A stretch of 64,000 bases of DNA from Eledone cirrhosa. Lineage: Eukaryota. Shown here in pieces: positions 25,192 to 36,920 of this stretch. The DNA is taken from NCBI GenBank assembly GCA_964016885.1, contig OZ024741.1, forward strand, positions 361,460,001 through 361,524,000, written 5' to 3'. The notes under the pieces were generated by a model that saw only the letters and a program-made list of their open reading frames with translations, was not told where the DNA came from and made no database searches. The stretch's first letter is position 1, and each line of letters begins with the position of its first letter. The position numbers and the translations under genes are program-made.

Positions 25192-28100
25192 TAGCGACAA
25201 TGCCAAAGATAAAGACAAATTCACCTCGTGGACGAGAATGCGAGCACTCCTCCTCTTTGTTTCGGCCGCGGATGGCTAACATAACCCCATCTCCCTCTGC
25301 CCCCCACTGCTCCCACCCTCCAAACGCAATCCAAAACTTCAGAGTTGGTACCATGAATGTAGGCACCTTAAAGGGTCGCTCTAACGAGGTTGTAGAAATG
25401 CTTGAACGTAAGGAGGTCGATGTTTGTTGTATTCAAGAGACCAGGTGGAGGGGTGGGTCTGCTAGATTCATTGTGGGTAAAAAAACGATGCTATAAGCTT
25501 TTCTGGGTGGGAAATGACAATGGGCTGGGTGGAGAAGGAATCATGGTAGCAGAAAAGTGGGCAGATAAGATAATAGACGTAAATAGAGTGAACGACAGAA
25601 TAATTAAAATAAGACTTGTCCTCAATAGAACTACGGTGACAGTAATATCTGCGTACGCACCCCAATCCGGACTGCCCGGCACTATAAAAGACAGATTCTA
25701 TGAGACACTGATGCTCACTACCTCCCAAATAACCGACAGTGACTATATAATTATTGCAGGCGACCTAAATGGTCACGTTGGACAACATTGTGACGGCTAC
25801 AACGAAATCCATGGAGGCTATGGGTTTGGTACTAGAAATGAGGAAGGCTCCAGAATCCTGGAATTCTGTGACGCAAATAACCTAACTATCTGTAACACTA
25901 ACTTCAAAAAACGTGACAATCACCTGATCACCTATAGATTGGGGGAACACACAAGCCAGGTAGATTATATCCTTACCAGAAGACGTGACAGAGTGTCTGT
26001 TGTAAACACTAAATCCCTCCCCCATGAAGAATGCACCACCCAACATAGACTGATAATTAGCGACCTAATAGTCAGGACGAGACGTACTAGACAGCAGAAG
26101 AGGACTATCCTCAGGAGAAAAATATGGAAGCTAAAGGACCCCACAGCCAGAAATAAATTTAAAAGCATACTACTTGATGCTTTTGACAGTAAGGAAGAGC
26201 AATTAGAGTCGTACAATATAGAGGAACAGTGGGAATTCCTGAAAGCAAACCTGCTGATGGCGGCAGACGAAGTCTGTGGCTGGAGCAGGCCTGTAGGCAG
26301 GAGGAGAGTAACATGGTGGTGGAACAGTAAGGTGGAGGGGTCAATTAAGGCCAAAAAGCAGGCTTGGAAAGTATGGCGGGATGGGGGGAAGTAGAGAAGA
26401 CTATCAAGTGGCCAGGAGGGAAGCTAGGAGACAAGTGTACTTCGCAAGAAGGGAAGCAGAGGAAAGAAAATTCAAGCATGTTCTACAACGCGAGGACCAA
26501 AAACGTGAGGTGTTCAGAATTGCTAGGCAATGTGTCAAGGAAAACCGTGATATTGTCGGGGAGAAGTGTGTACTTAATGATGACGGCGTACTTGCCATCA
26601 CCGACGCTGATAAGACGGTAGCTTGGAAGTGTCACTACGAAAGGCTACTAAATGAGGAGAATAAATGGGAGAAAGACAGTCTCCCCCACATCGACCCAAT
26701 AGAGGGACCAGCAGTGTTAGTCGAGGGTAGTATAATAAGTAAGGCAATCAAAGATATTAAGACGGGTAAGGCGGCTGGGCCTTCGGAAATAGTTGCGGAG
26801 ATGCTGAAGGCATCTGGAACGGTGGGACACACCATGGTCACCCGGATAGTTAACCAAGTCGTACAGAATGGGGTTGTTCCGAAGGAATGGCGTAGCAGCA
26901 TCATCGTTAACTGTTATAAGGGTAAAGGAGATGCCCTAGATAGGAGTAACTATAGAGGCATTAAATTAATCGACCAGGTCATGAAAGTCACGGAAAAAGT
27001 AATAGCGCAACTAATCAGAGAGAGAATTGATCTAGATGAAATGCAGTTCGGGTTTGTGTCAGGCAAAAGTACCACAGACGCTCTTTTCATTGTACGACAA
27101 CTACAGGAGAAGTACCTAGCTAAAAGTAAACCCCTCTACTTAGCTTTTGTCGACTTGGAGAAAGCCTTCGACAGAGTCCCCCGTTCCATTATCTGGTGGG
27201 CTCTTAGAAAACTAGGTGTTGACGAATGGCTTGTGAGAGCTATACAAGCCATGTATAAAGAAACAGTCAGCAAGGTTAGAATTAACAACGAATATAGTGA
27301 AGAGTTTAGCGTAAAAGTTGGTGTCCATCAGGGCTCTGTTCTTAGCCCCCTACTATTTATTATTGCCCTTCAGGCTATAACAGAGGAGTTCAAGACCGGC
27401 TGCCCATGGGAACTCCTATACGCAGATGACCTAACACTCATAGCTGAATCAATGGCTGAGCTAGAGAAGAAATTCCAAACATGGAAGCACGGCCTAGAAT
27501 CAAAAGGCCTTAAAATTAACCTGGCTAAGACTAAAGTTCTAGTTTGTAAGAAAGAAAATAAGGCGGCGGTCCCTTCCGGGAAGTGGCCATGCTCAGTGTG
27601 TAGGAAAGGCGTAGGTAGAAACTCCATTTTATGTCCCAAATGCAAAGTATGGGTGCATAAAAGATGTAGTGGGATCACAGGTAAGCTAACTAAGAACATA
27701 GATTTTACATGTGGCCGGTGTTCTGGTGCAATAAGTAGCAGCAAGTGCCCACAAAATACTAGCTCTTTCAACTGCGCAGAGGGTTCTATAGAAATAGTGG
27801 ACAGCTTCCGTTACCTGGGTGACAAAATCAGCAGTGGGGGAGGGTGCTCTGAAAGTACAGTAGCTAGAGTCAGAACTGGATGGAAAAAGTTCAGAGAGCT
27901 TATACCACTATTAGCCGCTAAAGGGTTCTCCCTAAAAATGAAAGGCAGGTTGTATGATGCCTGCATACGAACAGCAATGTTGCATGGCAGTGGGACCTGG
28001 GCATTGTGTGCAGAGGATATACGCAGACTAGAGAGGAACGAAGCTTGCATGCTCCGCTGGATGTGTAATAGTAATATACGTGAACGGCAAAGCATAAACG

Positions 28101-28755
28101 AACTAAGGAAAAAATTAGAAATAAGAGGGATCAGATGTTGTTTACTCGAGAGAAGGCTACGTTGGTATGGTCACGTGATGCGCATGAAAGACGATAGCTG
28201 TATAACAAAGTGCAGGGCAATAAAGATAGACGGTAGCCATGGAGTAGGCAGACCCAGAAAAACCTGGGACGAGCTGATAAATTCCGACCTCACACACTTA
28301 CACCTCTCCAAGACAATGTCACTGGACCGAGACCTTTGGCGGTACTCAGTAATAGAGAAGACCCGCCTTACCTAAATACAAAGTAAAACCTACTACAGTC
28401 AGTAGGCATCTCTAACAAAACACACCCCCGTCACACCACCCCCACCCCATCCACACCGCCCCTTTCAATGTAAAGTTATGTTGGTGCCACAACATCCAGG
28501 CCGAAACAAATGAGATCGTGTAGGTGTCACGAAAAAAAAACACAGTCCACGCTGTAATGTGGCCGTGTAGGCAACACGGTAAAAACCTCCCAGCCCCACA
28601 CTGTAAATGTGGTTGGTGTTAGGAAGGGCATCCAGCTGTAGAAAACCCGCCAGACAGTCCTATGCGAGCAAGACAATCACTCTTGCCTCAAGTGGGAAAA
28701 CCCCCGTCCAAACCCATGCAAGCGTGGAACACGGACGTTAAACGTAGATGATGAT
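25192..28755 (+). mobile_element. Near full-length RTE-clade LINE inserted in (TA)n
   Basis: Single APE+RT coding region, 380-bp 3' UTR, (GAT)n tail, TA repeats on both sides. Confidence 0.97.
25200..28375 (+). CDS. RTE ORF: AP endonuclease + reverse transcriptase, broken by two homopolymer frameshifts (~25485, ~26385)
   Basis: TMNVGTL, CIQETRW, YAPQ, GDLNGHVG, QVDYIL, QHRL (APE); FVDLEKAFD, QGSVLSP, YADD, FRYLG (RT); GRPRKTW C-terminus. Confidence 0.93.
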
Positions 28756-28979
28756 ATATATATATAGTATACGAGGATCGGAATTAAGAGTATTCCGCAG
28801 TTCACAGTAATAATAATAATTGTTTCTACTTTTGGCACAAGGCCACCAATTACCCAGTGTATTACTGGCACTTTATTTTATCGACCCCGTAAGGATGAAA
28901 GGCAAAGTTAACCTCGGCAGGATAATAATAATATTAGCTCAAAGAAGAATAGAGAATTTTCTTCTGAGCTCAAATGCAA

Positions 28980-29442
28980 ATATATTACACAACGAGAAGT
29001 GTGTTACACAGTGAAATGTGTGTAAAGAATTATTACAAGTGAGTTTTACCGTTACTGTATAGAGAACAATATCTACAGATTTAGCAATTAAATAGAAAAA
29101 AACTAAGTCAGAATCAAATCTCTGAAGTAGAGTTTTAAATTACCAACCTTATAACTATAAGTTTGCTGATACGAATCTCGTTCATTTGCTGACTGAGGAT
29201 CCTGTGGGCTGTTAAACTGCACATTTCTGTGGTGAAACGAACGAGATTCGTATCAGCAAACTTATAGTTATAAGGTTGGTAATTTAAAACTCTACTTCAG
29301 AGATTTGATTCTGACTTAGTTTTTTTCTATTTAATTGCTAAACCTGTAGATATTGTTCTCTATACAGTAACGGTAAAACTCACTTGTAATAATTCTTTAC
29401 ACACATCTCACTGTGTAACACACTTCTCTTTGTGTAATATAT
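28980..29442. repeat. 204-bp inverted duplication with 55-bp spacer
   Basis: Arms 28980-29183 / 29239-29442; about 3 mismatches seen by eye. Confidence 0.95.
29185..29260 (+). ncRNA. Type I hammerhead ribozyme at the palindrome centre
   Basis: TTTGCTGA-CTGAGGA-(stem II, TGTG..CACA)-GAA-ACGAA-CGAGA-TTCGT-A-TCAGCAAA: 8-bp stem I, 5-bp stem III, GUA triplet. Confidence 0.82.
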
Positions 29443-29459
29443 ATGTATATACATAGGCA

Positions 29460-29780
29460 GCAAATTGGCAGTCGTTAGAATGTCGGATTGTATTTTATGG
29501 TATTTTGTTCCAGCTCTGAGTTCAAATGCCACTGAGGTAAACTTTGTTTTTCATCCTTTCGAGGTCAATAAAACATGTACCAGTCTAATACTGGGAGTCG
29601 ATTCTTCCTCTATGTCTCTGTCTCACTTCCTCTCTCCCACTTTCTATCGTTCTCTGGAAGAAATTTGCTGTTCTCAGGCCAGAAGAGGGATGGGCTCTGC
29701 TAGGTTTAAATTGCCCAAAGAAACACCATATGTCAATATGGCACCCCTACGACTCCATCAAGAGTTATGGGACCATGCAT
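29460..29780 (+). mobile_element. SINE with distinctive 3' tail (second copy at 43870-44078)
   Basis: SINE head/core followed by ttcttcctctat..ggaagaaat..gagggat(g/a)ggctctgc..tttaaat..ctacgactcca..ggacc in both copies. Confidence 0.7.
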
Positions 29781-29791
29781 GTGTATATATA

Positions 29792-31095
29792 TAGGGTGCG
29801 GACGATATTTGTTCGCAAGATTACTGTCTAGGAAAAAATAACACAGTAGTTTTATTTTTTAAGATATATTTATCAAACTTAGGTCAGTTTGTCTTCATGA
29901 CTTGTTCTTTCGATCTCACTCGATAAACCCGCCATTGGCTTTGATGACGGCCTCAAGGCGGCCTCGGAACCGGCTACAGACCTTCGTCACTGTTCCCCGA
30001 CTTAGGCCCCTAAAGGCACTTGTGATCCTGGCCTTCAGATCGTCTTTTGTATTGCAGTATTGCTGTTCGTGTCTCGTTCCACTGCACCCACACAAAGAAG
30101 TCGAGGGGGTTGCAGTCAGGCGAGCTGGGAGGCCAGATATCAGGTGAAGTGTGGTCGACGAAGTTCTCTGATAGCCAGGCCTAGGTCTTTCAGCTGGTAT
30201 GGCAGGGCGCTGAGTCTTGCTGTCACACGTACAGCCTATCTGCAGTTACCTGGTCGATCTAGGGCTTTACTACCTCGCTCAGAACGTGGATGTAGTCATC
30301 GGTGTTCAGCTTGAGGCCCTCAGGGAAGAAGTGAGGTGGCATGATGTCACCTTGACTGCTGACGACACCTAAGACCAATGTTGTCGCTGGAAACTTTGTT
30401 TGCATGACTCTGGGCACGTCTTTGGATGAGACAGCGAGCCACCTGTTGTTCTGGGAGTTGATCTTCTGGTCTTGGCAGAAGTTTTTCTTGTCGGAGAAAA
30501 ACCACCACATGTCTGGCTCCAGTGGATGTTTCAACTTGTTGATCAGCTTCTTTGCGTGCTTCAGTCGCTTTTCTTGCATCGCCTTTGACAGAAATTGTCC
30601 TTTCCTCATCTTGTATGAAAGGTAGCAAATGTCTTCATGTACCACCAGCCTAATGAGCTTTTCATCCACGCCTTTCTCCCTTGCAATGCACGCATCGACT
30701 TGCTAGGTTCATTGTTGATGATATCCTGAACTTCAGCGATGAACTCGGGCGTTCTGCAGGCGTCAGATTGTCGATCATATGTTTTCCTCTCTGATGTTGC
30801 TTCGTAGTCGAATCCTGAATCTTCCAATTCCTTTCTGACCTTTTCCACCATTCTTCTGCTGATGCTGAGAAAGTCTGAAATTTCCTTATTTGTCCTCTCG
30901 GTGCGGATTCCAAGAAGAACTCCGTGTCTCTTCCACAAATTTGGAGGTTCAAAATTATTCATAATCAATTATTCTGAAAATAAATAATGGAAATATAGTC
31001 ACTGTTTTTATGAAGACAAGAGTGTCAACGGAAGTAAAAAAAATTTGCATAAAATTAGCAGTTGAAAATTGCGAATAAATATCGTCCACACCCTG
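29792..31095 (-). mobile_element. Tc1/mariner superfamily, maT (DD37D) transposon with defective transposase
   Basis: 27-bp TIRs (C/T)AGGGTG(C/T)GGACGATATTT(G/A)TTCGCAA; TA target duplication; FFSD..QQDSAPCH-x-SPDCNPLD with 37 residues between D2 and D3; stops and frameshifts. Confidence 0.93.
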
Positions 31096-31229
31096 TATAA
31101 GAATAACATTAAGAAAGATGCTGATGTTACATAAATCGTTTATTCATAATAATTATTTCAAATGTTCTCCCATGCAATCAAAGATGTAATTCATGCATTT
31201 GTTGTTATGAGAATGGTAACTACGATTAT

Positions 31230-32340
31230 GAAAAAATTAATTAAATTCTTCAAAAACATGGGCCTCAGCATAGATATAGACGATAACAGAAAAATAGTTA
31301 ACTTCCTGGACGTAACCCTCAATTTAGAATCCGGCCTCTACTACCCGTACCACAAACCGAACAATATGGGCCACCTCCCACTCTTCGAACTGGAACCCCT
31401 CAGTTCGGGATGCTCCAATCGGCATAGACAATCCAACGGGCAGTGGCGAGCCGTGAGGCACGACCATTCTGTGCCCACGGTAGTTGCATAACGCATACCC
31501 GGACAGAGCAGGTAACGGGATCGAGGCCAACACCAGGAAGCGAACCTGTTCCTGCAATGTCATAAGGTATAACCCCCCCCCCCCTCTCTGCACCGGATTA
31601 CGCAGCAACCTTGTGGCCTCTTTCTTCAGGGCCTTGGATAAGCACTTCCCTAAACAGCACAGGTATTGCACCATTTTCAATAGTCACACAATTAAATTGT
31701 CCTACTCCACAACTAGAAACCTGGCACAAAATTTAGAAACCTTAAACTAGAGTAGATTAAGAAACGTCCATGACTCCGAGGGAGTCAGTAACCAGGATGA
31801 GGCCTACAGCACATGATTCTTCCTTCGATAATAACACTATGGACCGGGCGCAACCACGGAATCATACATCACAATCCGGTAATCCAGGCAGCAACACCTC
31901 CCCGGATTATAATTGTAGAAGCCCTGGTAACTGCCTCTTGGAAGGCAAATGCCTTAGCAGTAACTTAGTTTATGAATGTAGGGTAAGTACCAATAGCTAA
32001 ACCTTCACCTATATCGGGACTATGGTTAATAAATTTAAGGAACGCTGGTACAACCACTGCCACACTTTTAAGAGAATGGATAAGAAAAACAGCACCGCCC
32101 TCGCCGAACAGGTGTGACGACTCAAGCATGACAACATTGGACACACGCTGTCGTGATCTAAGGTCACTTCAGCCCAACTCTATAGGGGAGGAGGGCATGA
32201 CTCATGCAATCTCTGTGTCACCGAAATTATGGAGATAATAAAGATGGGAGCACAAGTTATCAATAAAAGAAATAACCTGTTCAGCACCTACCACCACAGA
32301 TCAACTGGAACCTTCCTCAGACTATACAAATTAGCAATGT
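31230..32340 (+). mobile_element. Penelope-like element relic (RT C-terminal part + Cys linker + GIY-YIG endonuclease)
   Basis: VNFLDVTLNL..YYPYHKPNN; YNPP..LDKHFPK..IFN..TIKLSYS; NCRSPGNCLLEGKCL..VYEC; YIGT..FKERWYNH. Confidence 0.88.
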
Positions 32341-33499
32341 AGATGTACTGGCTATGGTCTAGTACAAAGCTTGACCATGGGAGCTGGGTGTGGCTGCGCA
32401 CTGACCCCAACCTATCCTGGATTGCCTGTGTGCATCCGCCTCAAATCACACTACCACCATTCTGTTATGCACATATAGGATTGTATACACGCGACATGAG
32501 GGTCTGCGTTTTATATCCCTTTGTTCCTTGTTCTCTGTATGTATACCTGCATTATCTATATACCAATATGTATGTTTTTTGTTCCTATATTCTCTGTATG
32601 TATACCTGCATTTCTATTTATATATCAATATGTATGTTTTTTGTTCCTATGTTAGCTACCTACAACTTGCATCCACAGTCTAGTAGTCCCTTTTTGTCCG
32701 GGCGCTATTGTTGCCGTTGTTATTATTCATACCACTGTAGTTACGACTGACTACTATTGTTGTTACTAATTATTATTATGCACTGGGATTATTGCTGGCC
32801 TTGTGCCAAAGGGTAGAAACGATTATTATTACTATAGGAATTTATTTACAGCGACCGACACAAGCAGAACATTGTTTTTAGAAAATTAACGATAAATAGT
32901 GGAAAATTAAAGATAAATAGTGGACAAATAACGTTTAAGTAAGCAAATCTAAGCACGGATATAAATTGTGAACAAATGTGATAAATCTATGTGGTCTGAG
33001 AAAGTGGGTATGTTTTGCAAGATTTTGTGTACCAATCAAATTTCAGGTTTTAAGTTAGGGGCAACGCAGTGTACGGACTACCTGCCTGTGATAAAGGAAA
33101 TTAAATAGTGTGGCTACAGTGGTAGGTATATAAGTGTCAGTATGTTTGTTCAGTTTGAACATAGCAATAAGTAAGTCCTAACCATTGAAAAATGGCCGAA
33201 AAATCACAGCATGATAAACTGGAACCTTATGACCATAAACACATTAACTAAACCTCCTTTAAGGTGACAAATGTTGAAGAAGCATGCGTTTCAGAAACAT
33301 GAGGTAGCTTATGAGAGTACGCATGTAAAAATAAACAAAAAAAAAACGAAGTGTGATCCTAGGTCGGACTTGACCGATATAAATAAGAGTGATTTCACTC
33401 AATGAAGAATACTCGAGTTGTCTGGTTGGTTAGATAATACAAATAAGTGTGATGAAATCTACTGAACACAACTCACTGATGTGTGGTTGACCAGAGGTC

Positions 33500-35010
33500 G
33501 CCATTTCGCACTTAATTGAGGTGCAATTAAATGGGGGAGACAACCGGGTGCAAAAACTAATCAATCATTCGCACAATTTAGGCATGAGTGTGAAATAGCA
33601 CAATCCACATACAGTAGGCGTTAAAGTTTACACCTGGGTTAAATCGCGCTTTCTTGGTTAGGAGTGTGAAATGGCGCCAAAGTTCAAGGAAAAAAATTTA
33701 ACTCCCATTCTGCACTTAATTGTGGGGCAATTACACGGGGGAGACAACCGGGTGCAAAATTAAATTCAATCATCCTAAAGTTAACTAAACAAACTAAAGT
33801 TAAGTCAGGGGGATTTAAAAATGCGCTACTCCATTTGTAGGACATGAGTAACCGATGCATCAACTTTCGTTTAAATTGACTTTTATTTCCAAAAGTTGAA
33901 ATGCTTTGCTGCGACCATATGAACTTTAAAAGTGGTCCAAAGAGGCTCACTGCCCTCCCTAGAGGGTTCCCTTGCAAATTTTAAGTGATAACGAATGTGT
34001 GGTGCTTTATCTTATGGCAGGCAATAACCATTTTGTTTAGTTTTTGTAAGAATCAAGTATAAACTCCCGAGGTTATGGTGCTTTTTTATTGTGGCAGTTT
34101 GAACTCTTATAGGTTAATGAATTGGGCTCATTGTCCCCCAGGGGGTCCTCTTGCTGAATTGAAATTAAAGTAAATGCGCTCCACTGTATCTTCATCTGTA
34201 GTACATGAATAACAACTAAGTCGAAATTCATTTTATTGGACTACCAATTATTGAAGCTATGACGCTTTGCTGCATTACAATAGCCAAATTCAATAAATAA
34301 CTCATCGGGGCTTACTGCCACCCGGGGGTCCCCTTGCTTGTTCCGGGTATAGACAGTGTCTTCAACATCATCTTTACGCAATGGGTAACCAATGTGTCCG
34401 GTAAAGTTAAAATCGAACGTAAACTGCAAAAGTTATCAGGTACTAATACAGTGTTAATGTGAACTTCAATAGATAAGTCGAAGGGGCTTATTACCACCTC
34501 CCCCGGAGTCCCCTTGATAAGTTGAAGTAAAAGTTCATGTGTTCACCTTCCTTTATAAGCTATGGGTAACCAATATGTCTTGCTTCGTGAAAACCAAACA
34601 CCAACTCAAGCAGTTATGACGTTTTATTGCATTGATGATATCAACTTCAACATTCATCAAGTCGGTTTACTGCCCCCCAAGGGGTCCCCTACCTGAATTT
34701 CTGCGCAAGTGCATGCCTGCAAATTTATTTGTAGGCCATAAGCAAACAAAAGATTAATTTTAGTGAAGATGGGAGGCAAACTGCAGGAATTATGGGGCCT
34801 TTATGCAGTAGTACTGCTGACTCCAAGCGAGAGGCTTAAGGGGGTTATCTGCCCCTGGGGGGCCCCACAATCGATGTATGGAAAAATATAATAGCCTACA
34901 ACAATAGGACTTCAGAAACCTATGTATGAAATTTGGTGCAAATCGGTTGTAAAATGTAGAAATGCATGTGGTTACACAGACAGACAGACTTCTTCTGTTT
35001 TATATATATA
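33500..35010 (-). mobile_element. Helitron-like element with diverged ~178-bp internal tandem repeats
   Basis: Right end gaaatttggtgcaaatcggttg..acagacagacagac..tttatatata resembles the 24425-25058 Helitron end; six CCCC-GGGG-CCCC boxes at ~178-bp spacing; left end not found. Confidence 0.55.
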
Positions 35011-35023
35011 TATATACATACAC

Positions 35024-36097
35024 ACATCAGGGTTCGGTCCTCAGCCCGCTCTTGTTCAATATAGTCCTCCAAGCCATAACAGGGGAGTTTAAGACTGGCT
35101 GCCCATGGGAACTTCTCTATGCTGATGATCTGGTTCTTATAACAGAATCAGTAGCTGAGCTAGAGAAGAAATTCTGGCTATGGAAACAGCAGTTGGAATC
35201 AAGAGGACTGAGAGTGAACCTAGCTAAGACAAACGTGTTGATAAGTAGAAAAGGGGACAAAACTTTGATTCCATCAGGGAAATGGCCATGTTTGATATGT
35301 AGAAAAGGAACTGGCATAAATTCTATAAAATGTACACAATGCAGATCTTGGGTACACAAGAGATGTAGTTGGATAGCAGGCAAACTAACAGGTAGGGAAA
35401 ACTACGTATGCAGTAGATGTACAGGGAAAGTTGGCAGTAGTAATCGCAGTGATAAACACAGTTTTCAAATGCAGGTAGGTTCTATAGAAGTGGTTGATAG
35501 CTTCTGGTACCTAGGTGATCAGATTAGCATGAAAGGGGGTGGGGGTGTTCCGAGGCCATAGTATCTAGAATAAGGACGGGTTGGAAGAAGTTTAGGGAGC
35601 TGTTTCCTCTGTTGACAAAGAAGGGTTTCTCCCTGCGTACAAAAGGCCGGATATATGATGCCTGTGTGAGATGCATGATGCTGCATGGTAGTGAGACATG
35701 GGCAGCAACTACAGAGGATATGCGACAGCTGGTGAGAAATGAAGCAAGCATGCTCCGTTGGATGTGTAATGTCAATGTGCGTGAATGAGTTGAGAAAGAA
35801 ACTGTGTAGAGGGATAAGTTGTGGTGTGCAGGAGAGAAGACTGAGATGGTATGGACATGTGATGGGCATGGAGGATGACCGCTGGATAAAGAAGTGCCAA
35901 GAAATCACAGTAGAAGGAAGGCGCAGTAGAGGAAGACAACAAAAAACATGGGCGGAGGTGGTGAAAGCAGACCTCAGATCGCTGAACCTCATGGAGGAGA
36001 TGACGAAGGACCGTGACAAGTGGAGAGATGCTGTGCTGAATAGGAACCGTCCCACCCCTGCAAGCAAGGAAAAGCGGACGTAATATGATGATGATGA
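35024..36097 (+). mobile_element. 5'-truncated RTE LINE, second subfamily
   Basis: HQGSVLSP..YADD..PHD-like Cys cluster..FWYLG; frameshifted; very short 3' UTR ending in (GAT)n. Confidence 0.93.
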
Positions 36098-36107
36098 TAT
36101 ATATATA

Positions 36108-36141
<34 letters not shown>

Positions 36142-36384
36142 TATATTATAGAATTTGAGAGGTACAGAGTTCAATTCACTGTAATAGCTGTTGGCTACTT
36201 TTTCCATATGTAGAGGTATTTTACATGATTGTCAAAGCTATTATTTATAACAATTGACAGTTTATTTTCTGCATTTCAGATTTTCTACATTTCCTAATAA
36301 TTTCAACTCACACAACACTCTGATGGTTTTTTTTACAAATATATATATATATTATTATTATTACTATAGGATAGAATGCCTGAT

Positions 36385-36920
36385 GGTTAAGCTGAAACCC
36401 TTTTGGTGGCATATATCTTTTTAGCTGGTTTCCACCTGGGCTGCAGTCACAAAGTCCTTTTGCCACACATCTTGGTCCAACATCACTGCCTTGAGGTTTT
36501 GGACACAGTCCAGGCCAATGATTTTGATCAGGTTGTCAATGTAGGTGTATCAGTGTTTTCCTTTCCTTACTCCATGAAATGGGTTAACTTGGATGCTTTC
36601 AGTTCAGGGTGTCACACACAATGATCAGATATGCGGAGCCGCCTTTGCATGATTTTTTTCACTGTATTTTGGCAGGTCTGCATAAAGGCATTTATTTGTC
36701 ATGTGTTGCTGCCATTTCACACGAGGAGGGTGCAAGCATAACAGCCTGTCACAATCTAAAGATCTAGCACTCCAAATTGCCTAGAAGGATCATAATCAAA
36801 TGGTTCCTTACAACTGTTGAATCTATACTTTTGTATGGCAGTGAAACATGGATACTGACTGAGAAATTGACAAGCAGGCTAAACAGCTGCTATACAAGGA
36901 TGCTACAAATGGCATTGTAA
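36385..36920. mobile_element. RTE-type LINE 3' fragment with 5' inversion
   Basis: Plus 36722-36918 reads VESILLYGSETW..CYTRMLQMAL; minus 36720-36400 reads its continuation WQQHMTN..LYADLPK..RRLRI..TYIDNL..MLDQDVW. Confidence 0.75.

Noticed and set aside
25192-25300. HDV-like ribozyme at the RTE 5' end
   Set aside because: Some RTEs have one, but I could not build the P1/P2/P3 nested pseudoknot here.
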